Of a stretch of 64,000 bases of DNA, positions 18,983-27,167 are shown piece after piece. Positions within the stretch are counted from its first letter, which is position 1. Every line of letters begins with the position of its first letter. This DNA comes from Candidatus Wolfebacteria bacterium RIFCSPLOWO2_01_FULL_45_19 (lineage in GTDB: Bacteria > Patescibacteriota > Minisyncoccia > UBA6257 > GWB1-45-9): the NCBI GenBank assembly GCA_001793855.1, contig MGIR01000001.1, forward strand, positions 8,645-72,644. The letters are read 5' to 3'. Made by a program: the position numbers and the translations under genes. Below the pieces are notes generated by a model. That model did no database searches, was not told where the DNA came from, and saw nothing but the letters and a program-made list of their open reading frames with translations.

Positions 18983-20275
18983 TTATTTAAACTTCTCTAT
19001 TTCTTCCTCTTCTCCAAATATAGCCAATCCAGCCGGCGGACCGGCCTTGCGGCTTTCAACGCGTTTCAGATGCGGGGCGATAAGAACGAATTGTGTCGGC
19101 GGATGAAAAATAGTCGCGAGACATTCCGTGTTCAACACGAAAGGAATAGAGTGAAAATTCCAATACAGCCAATGCGAAGTGATCACGCGCCCCATAAATG
19201 TCTCCGGTGGAGTTTCTCTGCGCCGATAATTATAAAGAAAGCGCTGTTTACGATACATTATTCTTTTTTTCGCAAAAACATAGGGCCATGCGAACCGCTT
19301 AATCACAGTACTCGCGCTGTAATTCGGGCGAAACGAGTTAAGATTCAGCGCGGAATACTGGTTAAACGCGCCCATCACTCCGCGCCTGGCAAAGGCATCG
19401 AAAAAAATATCTTTTGGCGCGATATAAAGCAATCTTACTACGGCAGCAAAAGCCGACTTTGAAAGATTGTTTTCCACCTCCTCGAGCACAAACGTTTCGC
19501 CGGGAGTCCGCATCACTTTCGCGAAATCCATAGCTCCGGATGGAGCGCTTTTAGCCGCGCCTTTGGTTGCCGATTCTTTTAATTTCGCGATGGTGCCCCT
19601 GTATTTGTCCGCCCAATCCGGTCCGCTCGGAGTTATCAAAATCTGTATGCCGACAAATTCTCCTTTTTTAACTTTGCTTAAAAGTTCAATAAAAGTGGAC
19701 ATCGGGTCAAATTCTTTTTCTTCGGCTGGCGATTCAAATTTGAGATATGTTTTTATCGGATACGCGGATTCTTTTATCAATGCCAATTCCGTCCCCCAAA
19801 TACTCAACTCTCTTTCTTCCATTTCGCGCAAATTAACCGGGATCTGATTGGCGTAATCGTCAACCTCCGAAACTTCAACGTCGGGATAATAAGAAAAAAA
19901 CGCGGCTTCAACCAAACCACGGTATCGCGCGTAGGTTCTTACAAAAAAACGCACTTCGCCCCCTAAGCTGACCATTTCCAAAGAAAAAGGCCTCGTGACT
20001 TCGCCGTCTATGTATTCGTCTTTTAAATTGGCCGGAGAATTGCGGAGCGAATGAATAGCCGCCAAAACCTGCTCCATGGCCCTTACACCTTTTTTTATTT
20101 CACGCGGCATCCTTAATTCCAAAACCGCCCACTCGTTTTCGCTCTTAAACAATTCCTGCCTCCAAAAAAGCCATGCCGACCTAAAAATCGGCAAAAGTAC
20201 GATGGGAATAAAAAACCACCAAGTGGCTTTTATAAAATTCTGTGTTAGTTGTAGAATTAGAAAAAGCGGCTCCAC
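18983..20275 (-). CDS. Hypothetical membrane-anchored protein
   Basis: 430-aa ORF in operon; FSLE, YPIKTY, LATIFHPP. Confidence 0.7.
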   Translation of the reverse strand: MEPLFLILQLTQNFIKATWWFFIPIVLLPIFRSAWLFWRQELFKSENEWAVLELRMPREIKKGVRAMEQVLAAIHSLRNSPANLKDEYIDGEVTRPFSLEMVSLGGEVRFFVRTYARYRGLVEAAFFSYYPDVEVSEVDDYANQIPVNLREMEERELSIWGTELALIKESAYPIKTYLKFESPAEEKEFDPMSTFIELLSKVKKGEFVGIQILITPSGPDWADKYRGTIAKLKESATKGAAKSAPSGAMDFAKVMRTPGETFVLEEVENNLSKSAFAAVVRLLYIAPKDIFFDAFARRGVMGAFNQYSALNLNSFRPNYSASTVIKRFAWPYVFAKKRIMYRKQRFLYNYRRRETPPETFMGRVITSHWLYWNFHSIPFVLNTECLATIFHPPTQFVLIAPHLKRVESRKAGPPAGLAIFGEEEEIEKFK

Positions 20276-20282
20276 TTCAAAA

Positions 20283-21284
20283 TTATACCTCTTTTACGCG
20301 GTATTTTCCATCCGAAGTTCGTTCAAAAAAGTTTTTATTTTGAAGATTCAAAAAAACGGTGTTGGGCTTAAAAAATCTTTCACTCTGCACCGCGAGCAAA
20401 ACATCATTCGCGCGCATCGGGCCTTTTTCTTTCAAAATTCTTCGGATTACTTCCTTCGCTATGCCCGGTTTGTGGCCGTATTCAGCAAGCCCATACATTC
20501 CGCGGCCGACCAAAACAAAACGCTCGTCTTTTATCAATTCGTTGTGAACCGTCTGCGCGTATGCTTTCTTGCTGTTAAAATTCATTTTGTTTATTTCTTC
20601 CGCTATCTCCGAAAAATGCATCGGCTTCACTATCTTTTTAAGAACTATGTGCGCTTTTTCTTTCACGGTTTTCGGATATATTTCGGGCCACTCCGAAAGT
20701 CCGATGTCGCCGTAAGGATTGACGCCAAATCTTTTTGAAATTGAAACGTAATTCAGGCCAACGGCTTCACTAAGTCCGTGAGCTTTGGCCGCGGCGGCGA
20801 AAAGAACGCCAAACTTCCCTTTGTCAATAACTTCGTTTTTATTATCTTTCAAGGACACTTCCAGTTTTTTCAAAAAATTCCGCGTGCGGACCATTGCGTT
20901 TTTATCGGTGTGCCAAAAAGCGTGAAATTCGCCGTCTTCGTCGCGATGAAAAACGGCGCCGTTTACTTTCAAAATAAAAGCGGCCGCGCCGGGAAAACGC
21001 AAAGAAAAGCGGTCAGTTATTTCAACTCCACCGAGCGAACGAAGATACGAAACCGCGTCGGCAACGACTTTCTTGGCTTCTTCGTCGCGGTTGACTGCTT
21101 CGGCCGCGGATTTAAGCGCGGCGACTTCAATCTGACGGACGCGTTCCCGCGTAATTCCATATTTTCCCCCAAGCGCGGCAAGAGTTATTTTTCCCACTCT
21201 GCCGTTAAATCCATAACGAGCGGTCAAAATCTCGCGTTGTTTATCCGTAAGACCGGATAAAAGCCGTTTTAACAGCATTTGCAT
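20283..21284 (-). CDS. Sigma-70 region 4 HTH plus winged-helix (HARE-HTH-like) protein
   Basis: TLAALGGKYGITRERVRQIE; PMHFSEIA...TVHNELIKDERFVLVGRGMYGL. Confidence 0.75.
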   Translation of the reverse strand: MQMLLKRLLSGLTDKQREILTARYGFNGRVGKITLAALGGKYGITRERVRQIEVAALKSAAEAVNRDEEAKKVVADAVSYLRSLGGVEITDRFSLRFPGAAAFILKVNGAVFHRDEDGEFHAFWHTDKNAMVRTRNFLKKLEVSLKDNKNEVIDKGKFGVLFAAAAKAHGLSEAVGLNYVSISKRFGVNPYGDIGLSEWPEIYPKTVKEKAHIVLKKIVKPMHFSEIAEEINKMNFNSKKAYAQTVHNELIKDERFVLVGRGMYGLAEYGHKPGIAKEVIRRILKEKGPMRANDVLLAVQSERFFKPNTVFLNLQNKNFFERTSDGKYRVKEV

Positions 21285-21290
21285 ACAACG

Positions 21291-21379
21291 AGTTTAGCAT
21301 TATTTGAGTTAAAGTGTCAACCCCGCCTCTGAAATATGTTTCAGAAGCGAGGTTGACAAAACTTTCTCATAGATACAAT
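21291..21379. promoter_or_regulatory. Back-to-back sigma70 promoters whose -35 boxes terminate one inverted repeat
   Basis: Minus: TTGACA (21320-21315) N18 TAAACT; plus: TTGACA (21353) N15 TACAAT. Confidence 0.6.
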
Positions 21380-21386
21380 ATAAAAA

Positions 21387-21725
21387 ATGACTATGGAAAA
21401 CCGCGAAAAACAAGACGAGACGGCCGATGAACGGCCTATGACAGAAACCGAGCTTACCATCAGCAATTGGTTCTGGATTGAGTTTATGAAACGTATGGGA
21501 AAATCCGAAGCCGATCTCCCGGCGCTTATAGAAAAATACGGCGGGCTCGAAGAACATATCTTTTTCAAAAATGAAGAACGCGCGGAACATCTCGACGACG
21601 CGGCGCTTGAATCGCTCGCGCGCGACGCGGAAGCCGTCTTATTGCGAGGAGAGCCGCTTGAATCGCACCCTAAATTGCTCAAGCTTTACAAGCATATTGA
21701 AGCAAAACTATTGCGGGGGCACTAG
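21387..21725 (+). CDS. Hypothetical protein (3' end overlaps tRNA-Trp)
   Basis: 112-aa acidic ORF with upstream promoter. Confidence 0.55.
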   Translation: MTMENREKQDETADERPMTETELTISNWFWIEFMKRMGKSEADLPALIEKYGGLEEHIFFKNEERAEHLDDAALESLARDAEAVLLRGEPLESHPKLLKLYKHIEAKLLRGH

Positions 21726-21784
21726 GAATCGAACCCAGATTGGCGGTTTTGGAGACCGCCGTCCTGCCATTGAACGATGCCCCC
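21714..21784 (-). tRNA. tRNA-Trp(CCA)
   Basis: GGGGGCA acceptor, GCGGT-CTCCAAA-ACCGC, GGTTCGATTCC. Confidence 0.93.
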
Positions 21785-21789
21785 GGATT

Positions 21790-21880
21790 AAAATCTCTAA
21801 ACCCTTATCTCTAAATCCTAAACGTTTGAAGTTTTGAATTTGAGATTTATTTAGAAATTAGATATTAAAAATTAGGATTT
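21790..21880. repeat. Inverted heptamer array (CTAAAT / ATTTAG type) between rpmG and tRNA-Trp
   Basis: ATCTCTAAA...CTAAATCCTAAAC GTTTG...TTAGAAA TTAGATA TTAAAAA TTAGGAT; resembles the 16S h40 insertion. Confidence 0.75.
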
Positions 21881-21891
21881 ACATAAAAAAG

Positions 21892-22062
21892 CTACTTTCT
21901 CGCTTCTTTATGCGCGGTATGTTTTCTGCACCAATCACAAAATTTGGAAAGTTCAATCTTTCTTTCAACTTTCTTTTTATTTTTGTGCGCATTATAATTC
22001 ACACGCTTGCATTCGGCGCAGCGAAGCCGCACAAATCTTTCCGATGTTTTTATTTTAGCCAT
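21892..22062 (-). CDS. rpmG: 50S ribosomal protein L33
   Basis: Manual translation MAKIKTSERFVRLRCAECKRVNY...KFCDWCRKHTAHKEARK. Confidence 0.95.
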   Translation of the reverse strand: MAKIKTSERFVRLRCAECKRVNYNAHKNKKKVERKIELSKFCDWCRKHTAHKEARK

Positions 22063-22069
22063 AATTTTG

Positions 22070-22141
22070 AGCCAGCGGGGAGAATTGAACTCCCGCTCTT
22101 TCCCTTACCAAGGGAGTGCTTTACCACTAAGCTACGCTGGC
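22070..22141 (-). tRNA. tRNA-Thr(GGT)
   Basis: GCCAGCG acceptor, anticodon loop TTGGTAA. Confidence 0.92.
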
Positions 22142-22185
22142 GTCAGTATAACACATATTAACACGCTCAACAAGAAAGAAAAGTG

Positions 22186-22257
22186 AGCCACCTCTCGGAT
22201 TCGAACCGAGGACCCACGCTTTACAAAAGCGTTGCTCTGCCGCTGAGCTAAGGTGGC
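22186..22257 (-). tRNA. tRNA-Thr(TGT)
   Basis: GCCACCT acceptor, ACGCT-TTTGTAA-AGCGT. Confidence 0.93.
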
Positions 22258-22307
22258 GGATTGAATTTTGAAACGCCGCCGAATATAATAATACCACCGG
22301 TGAAAAA

Positions 22308-22394
22308 GCGCAGGTAGTCCCGTAGGGCGCGGGGGCAGACTGTAAATCTGTTGGCCATTGGCCCCGGTGAGTTCGACTCTCACTCTGCGCACCA
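22308..22394 (+). tRNA. tRNA-Tyr(GTA)
   Basis: GCAGA-CTGTAAA-TCTGT, long variable arm, encoded CCA. Confidence 0.88.
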
Positions 22395-22581
22395 CGTAGT
22401 AACTTTTTGAGCGTATACAAATATTCAGTACATGCGGAATTAATGTATAAAAAGATTGCGGGGTGGTCCCCTGTTTACGTCAAGAATCTTTATGGCGAAA
22501 TAGCTTGAGCCGGTTGATGTTCCGAAGAAGCGGCGGCTAAACTTATTTTTATGATTTTATTTTTCATATGCGCTTTTTATT

Positions 22582-23841
22582 TTAGTAGTAAGTGTAAGTG
22601 GTATAACTTGAATAAGCGCTCCAAGTGCACAACCCGGCGTTCAGAGGAGAGCTAGTATTAGTAGCTTTTCTGGAACCGCCTCCGTAGGGATAACAACTTC
22701 CATCAAACGGCCAGCCATTGGCGTCGGAAGTAGGAACCGTGCCATTTTGAGCGTATAAAGACACTCCAGGACTACTGCAAGCATAAGTAAGATTTGTGCA
22801 GGTCGCGTCACTCATATAACAGTTGAAGCCATTCGTAACTCCGTTCCACGAAACCATCCAAAAGCTAACCGTGTCGGCGCCGGACTGGCAACTACTGGGG
22901 GTCGGCGGGGTACAACTATATGACGCTCCCGGAGTAGCAGTTGATGCACCATTTGCACATTGTCCCAAGAAATTATAGCCTGTGCCAGTAGTGTAATTAT
23001 CCCAATATCTGTTGCAATCCTCATCAATGAGAGGCGTTGCCGAACCGGACCCTCCTACTGCCGAACAAGTCGCATTTTGCGAGAACGCCGCGACTGACGC
23101 GCTGTCCGAAATCCGTTGCAGTCTGATTTGCAGTCCGGTTGCATTCCAAGTCGTTGCGGTAAAGTTATCGCCATTCAATTGAGCGGCCGCGTTGGTCGTG
23201 TTGGCATCGCAATTGTAAGTGGCATAGCTTAAGTCAGTCCATACTGAACCGGTGTAATACTGCAACCGACAGCCGCCCACCCCTCCGTTGCCTGTGCCGG
23301 CAGTCCAGCTGACGGTGAAGTCCCTGCGCCTGACCGTCTGAGTTAAGACAAGCGAAGTCGGCGGAGAAGAGGCGCCCCAAACACAAGAAGTCGCGCCGTC
23401 GCTGGTTTTAACCCAGCCGGTTCCGTTGCAGGCGCAGGTCGTGTAACCTGCAGTCATAGCCAACGATTTGCTTGTTGAAGCGTCACAAGTAAAAGGACTG
23501 GAAGAGTTTATTGGAAATTTTAACGCTCCTGTCGCCTCAATAATCCCGTTAATCGTGAGCTTGCTTGCCGGAGAAACTGTGCCGATGCCGACATTGCCGG
23601 TTCCGGGGTCAAATACTAAACCAGCGGTGCTTGTCGCGTTGCCTACCCGAAACCCGCCGCTCACGTCAAAAGTGTACTCCGGCGTTATTCCGATGCCGAT
23701 GTTTCCGCTACTGAACTTAAGGTTTCCACCGCCGATGCCTGGGCTTAAACTGGCGGGGCCGGTGAATCCGAGCGCGACAAAAACCAAGAAACCGGAAACT
23801 AAGATACTTATTGATATTAATAGATATTTATTGATATTCGT
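22582..23841 (-). CDS. Secreted Cys/Ser/Thr/Gly-rich adhesin- or fibre-like protein; start appears to be ACG at 23841
   Basis: GNVGIGT repeats, FN3-like segment, Cys-rich C-terminus; N-terminus aligns with its paralogue upstream of the called TTG at 23787. Confidence 0.7.
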   Translation of the reverse strand, partial: TNINKYLLISISILVSGFLVFVALGFTGPASLSPGIGGGNLKFSSGNIGIGITPEYTFDVSGGFRVGNATSTAGLVFDPGTGNVGIGTVSPASKLTINGIIEATGALKFPINSSSPFTCDASTSKSLAMTAGYTTCACNGTGWVKTSDGATSCVWGASSPPTSLVLTQTVRRRDFTVSWTAGTGNGGVGGCRLQYYTGSVWTDLSYATYNCDANTTNAAAQLNGDNFTATTWNATGLQIRLQRISDSASVAAFSQNATCSAVGGSGSATPLIDEDCNRYWDNYTTGTGYNFLGQCANGASTATPGASYSCTPPTPSSCQSGADTVSFWMVSWNGVTNGFNCYMSDATCTNLTYACSSPGVSLYAQNGTVPTSDANGWPFDGSCYPYGGGSRKATNTSSPLNAGLCTWSAYSSYTTYTYY

Positions 23842-23863
23842 GAATCCAGATTAATTTGTTTGC

Positions 23864-24331
23864 TCACCAGACGCATGCCGTTATGCCGTCGCTGGTTTTA
23901 ACCCAGCCGGTCCCGTTGCAGGCGCAGGTCGTGTAACCTGAAGTCAATGACAATGAGCCGGCATTTGAAGCGTTACAGGTAAAAGGAGCCGATGCGTTAG
24001 CCACCAATTTGAATCCCCCCAAAGTGGATTCAATAATCCCGTTGATCATGAGCTTGCTTGCCGGAGAAACGGTGCCGATGCCGACATTGCCGGTTCCGGG
24101 GTCAAATACTAAACCAGCGGTGCTTGTCGCGTTGCCTACCCGAAATCCGCCGCTCACGTCAAAAGTATATAAAGGCGTTATTCCTAAGCCGGTGTTTCCG
24201 CCAGAAGTTACAAAAAACCCAGAGCCAGTTCCCGGAGAAACCGAAGGGCCTGTAAATCCCAACACAACCGATACAAAGATGCCGGCGGATACTATTATAC
24301 CTGCGGATATCAACAGATATTTATTGATCAT
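23864..24331 (-). CDS. Short paralogue of the 22582-23841 gene (N-terminal module only)
   Basis: Near-identical YTFDVSGGFRVGNATSTAGLVFDPGTGNVGIGTVSPASKL and GYTTCACNGTGWVKTSDG. Confidence 0.75.
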   Translation of the reverse strand: MINKYLLISAGIIVSAGIFVSVVLGFTGPSVSPGTGSGFFVTSGGNTGLGITPLYTFDVSGGFRVGNATSTAGLVFDPGTGNVGIGTVSPASKLMINGIIESTLGGFKLVANASAPFTCNASNAGSLSLTSGYTTCACNGTGWVKTSDGITACVW

Positions 24332-24409
24332 TGCTTATAATTTTTTCTTTGTCTAACATTTTTTTATTATAGCATATTCGACCTTGTTTGTTGGTGGATG
24401 TGGATAAGT

Positions 24410-25363
24410 TCAGGGGCTCCAGTTAATGATGATGTCGGTTACGGTTGGGCCGACGGTTCGTCCAGTATCTGTTTCTAAAATAACTTTGTAGCGCCAGTAA
24501 CGTTTGTCGGTGTGACAAGTAAGGTCAATTTTGGATTGAATATTCGGGCCACCCGGATTGTAAAAATCGCCAACGCTACAGTTGGGTCCTCCGGGTCCGA
24601 CAAACGCGCCGTCGCCGGTCAATTTATCTCCTCCCCAGCCGACGCCGGTATCGCAAGTCGGAGAATTTGTCGCGCCATTGGAACAATTCGCGGCGGCTAT
24701 CCGAAAAAAAACGTTCGTGCCGCTTGGTTGCGTTCCCTGCCACATAATGGTGTTTATGGCGGAGCCGCCCTCAACCTGCGAGTCAAAAATACTTGAAATT
24801 AAAGTTCCTTCCGCGGGGTAGTTTGTCCAGCTTGTTTTGACTTTGTAATTGGAAGTTCCGCAAGTGTTTGGAGGACCGGCGCAATTGAAACTGAACCAGC
24901 CGACATCATTATTCCACGCCCAACCGGAGAAAATTCCCGTGCTCGGGTCAACGGATACTTTATAATTAGATTCCAAACAATTGTCATTTAGGCAGTTGAA
25001 ACTAATCCAGCCGACGCCGTCGTTCCACGCGAAGCCGCCAAGCTCGTTGGTGCTTGTGTTGTTGGTTACCTTAAAATTGCTCTGACCGCATATGTCCCCT
25101 GCCGGCGTTGTTTGGCAATTCAAAATAATTTCTTCGACAGTTGAGCTTGCCCAGCCGCGAAGTTCTGTTTCGTCAACAAAAACGTTGTTAGTGCCGTAAA
25201 AGTCAATCCAACCGATGGAATCGTTCCAGGCCCATTGTGTATATTCGGGTGGATTGTCCGGAATGATATTTGTTACGGCGAAAACCACCAGCCATGACGC
25301 GGATATGGCAGTTATAAATATAATAAAAAATATAATTAGTTTTTTCATACTAATATCCTTCAA
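24410..25363 (-). CDS. Secreted pilus-associated protein with AWNDxxGWI repeats
   Basis: Signal/TM; three AW(N/S)xxxGW repeats with Cys pairs; GTLISSIFD. Confidence 0.7.
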   Translation of the reverse strand: MKDISMKKLIIFFIIFITAISASWLVVFAVTNIIPDNPPEYTQWAWNDSIGWIDFYGTNNVFVDETELRGWASSTVEEIILNCQTTPAGDICGQSNFKVTNNTSTNELGGFAWNDGVGWISFNCLNDNCLESNYKVSVDPSTGIFSGWAWNNDVGWFSFNCAGPPNTCGTSNYKVKTSWTNYPAEGTLISSIFDSQVEGGSAINTIMWQGTQPSGTNVFFRIAAANCSNGATNSPTCDTGVGWGGDKLTGDGAFVGPGGPNCSVGDFYNPGGPNIQSKIDLTCHTDKRYWRYKVILETDTGRTVGPTVTDIIINWSP

Positions 25364-26531
25364 TCCTTATTTGCCCCGACGTGGCGTAATCAATGTTTGT
25401 TGAAGTGTTAAAACTCGCGGTGGTAGTAGCGGTAATTGGATTGTCTGTCGGATCTGTATAGCCGCCGCTCCAGTCGGTCTGCGAAAACAGGCGGTTAGAA
25501 TGACGGGTAAAATATCTGAACTGGCTGAAAGAATCAGTCGCGGCTAAAATTTCCCAGCCGGAAGTTACGGTTATTTTCTGAGTGGACGGGTCGTCGGTTC
25601 CGCTCACGGCTATTGCTCCGTTCGCGTCTCTATTTACGTTCTCAACATAAAAAGAGCGCATATATCTGTCACTGTTATAAATCTGCCAAATTTCATCGGC
25701 GGATAGGGCGCGGTCGTAAATGCGGACGTCGTCCAGCAGACCGTCAAAATAACCAGCAGAAACACGCCCGATGTCCATCGCCGAAGCGCCAACGCCTGTC
25801 GTGTCGGTTATAGCGACGTGGCGCCAAACCGCTGTAATAGTCGCGGACGCGGAACTGCCGTCCACATACACGATGGAGGCGGGGAAGCCCGTTGCGACAA
25901 CGTTGCTGTTTGCGTCTATTTCAATTTGAGCCGTCCCGTTCATATCAATTATTTTTTTTGATACTATAACATCCGCCTTCATCCAAAACATCACCGTCTT
26001 AATGCCGGCTCCAACATTGCCCAAAACGACATAATCCTCCGTCCCGTCAAATTCCAAACATCTGCTCAATTTGCAGGCGGAAGTTGAGGTCGCGCCGCCG
26101 GTGACTGTGCCGTCGTTATTGTTGTTCGTAGCGTCAAAAGCCGTAGTCGTTCCTACTGCCTCGTCAAATTTCCAGTAACCAACCAAGCCGTTAATAATGT
26201 CATCGCTGATAAGCCCCTCTTCGCCTTGTATAATCGTGGACGTCGCTCCAAACTTAATAAAATATTTATTCGCGGAGCCCTTATCTAAATTGTAAATATC
26301 GTGCCAGTTTTTTTCGGACATTCCCGCAAGCGAAATAAAATATTCGGATGTCAGACCGGCCGCTGTCTGCATCTGTTTGCTCTGCACGTTGCCGCGTAAT
26401 ATTCCCACGATACTAACCACCACTCCGCCGACAATAATGGCGCCAACGGCAATGGCGACGATAATCTCAAGAAGGGACTGCCCTTTTTGAGCTTTTAGCT
26501 TATAGCTTTTAGCTTTTAGCTGATTTTTCAT
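25350..26531 (-). CDS. Minor pilin with LamG/ConA-like lectin domain
   Basis: KG/QSLLE prepilin site; LVGYWKFDE...DDVRIYDRALS. Confidence 0.85.
   Translation of the reverse strand: MKNQLKAKSYKLKAQKGQSLLEIIVAIAVGAIIVGGVVVSIVGILRGNVQSKQMQTAAGLTSEYFISLAGMSEKNWHDIYNLDKGSANKYFIKFGATSTIIQGEEGLISDDIINGLVGYWKFDEAVGTTTAFDATNNNNDGTVTGGATSTSACKLSRCLEFDGTEDYVVLGNVGAGIKTVMFWMKADVIVSKKIIDMNGTAQIEIDANSNVVATGFPASIVYVDGSSASATITAVWRHVAITDTTGVGASAMDIGRVSAGYFDGLLDDVRIYDRALSADEIWQIYNSDRYMRSFYVENVNRDANGAIAVSGTDDPSTQKITVTSGWEILAATDSFSQFRYFTRHSNRLFSQTDWSGGYTDPTDNPITATTTASFNTSTNIDYATSGQIRIEGY
26487..26523. repeat. Heptamer arm (AGCTAAA type x5), translated as the pilin leader
   Basis: Minus strand AGCTAAA AGCTAAA AGCTATA AGCTAAA AGCTCAA = QLKAKSYKLKAQ. 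Confidence 0.85.
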
Positions 26532-26671
26532 TGCAGTTTTTTAATTATTGTTGTCAACATTTTTTGAGCTTCCGTGAGAAATGCTTCAGCTTTAGAAAAG
26601 TCAACGTCTTTGTAAAGCTCTTTGGCTATTAATATTTGCGTTTCAAGCTCCGCGAAAGATTCTACGTACAT
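26528..26671 (-). pseudogene. Internally deleted four-helix-bundle (23S rRNA IVS / Avd-like) gene remnant, 47 aa
   Basis: Manual translation MYVESF-AELETQILIAKELYKDVDFSKAEAFLTEAQKMLTTIIKKLQ; keeps ELETQ and KML helices, lacks the WQK and SIPSNIAEG core. Confidence 0.75.
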
Positions 26672-26680
26672 AAATAATTT

Positions 26681-26711
26681 CTAAAAGCTACGAGCTAACA
26701 GCTATAAGCTA
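26681..26711. repeat. Heptamer arm (TAGCTnn x4), inverted partner of 26487-26523
   Basis: Minus strand TAGCTTA TAGCTGT TAGCTCG TAGCTTT TAG; first TAG is the upstream pilin stop. Confidence 0.85.
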
Positions 26712-27167
26712 TCTCGTGATATTTCCATTTTCCAAAACGCTTACATTGATTATACCGTCTCCGACGGTGGTTAGCAAAGTAAATGTAGCCGTATTATCAG
26801 GGACGCCGCTTATTTTAAGAAAATTGATTATCGTTGAATTTCCCTGCGCCGGAGAGCTGAATTCAATATGCGACGGCAAAGTTACCGAACGATGCGTAGT
26901 TGAAGCGCCACCGATTGTCTCGGCGTAAAAAATATCGTACCTATCCCCGTCACCAGCCGGCGCGTTTACATATACTCCCCAAAAACTTGATTCCAGTTCG
27001 CTTATGGAATTTTGCTGGGCTTCGCGAAGAGTTTGAACAAGCTTGTCTGATTCAAATTCCAAAGTACGTTGAACCCGCAAGTTTTGAATCGTGAGCAAAC
27101 CTATACCGCCGACAATCACCGTTATGCCGAGCGAAATCAGAAGCTCAATTAAGGTAAAACCCTTCAT
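26709..27167 (-). CDS. Minor type IV pilin / pseudopilin
   Basis: MKG/FTLIELL prepilin motif. Confidence 0.88.
   Translation of the reverse strand: MKGFTLIELLISLGITVIVGGIGLLTIQNLRVQRTLEFESDKLVQTLREAQQNSISELESSFWGVYVNAPAGDGDRYDIFYAETIGGASTTHRSVTLPSHIEFSSPAQGNSTIINFLKISGVPDNTATFTLLTTVGDGIINVSVLENGNITR

Noticed and set aside
23864-23866. UGA=Gly recoding (code 25), suggested by TGA aligning with Gly in the paralogue
   Set aside because: frr, fusA, rplC, mraZ and others end in TGA at expected positions, and no conserved gene has an internal TGA
22582-26711. Diversity-generating retroelement (Avd-like remnant plus duplicated adhesin segments)
   Set aside because: No reverse transcriptase in the window; the duplicated blocks are both coding, N-terminal, and do not differ specifically at adenines
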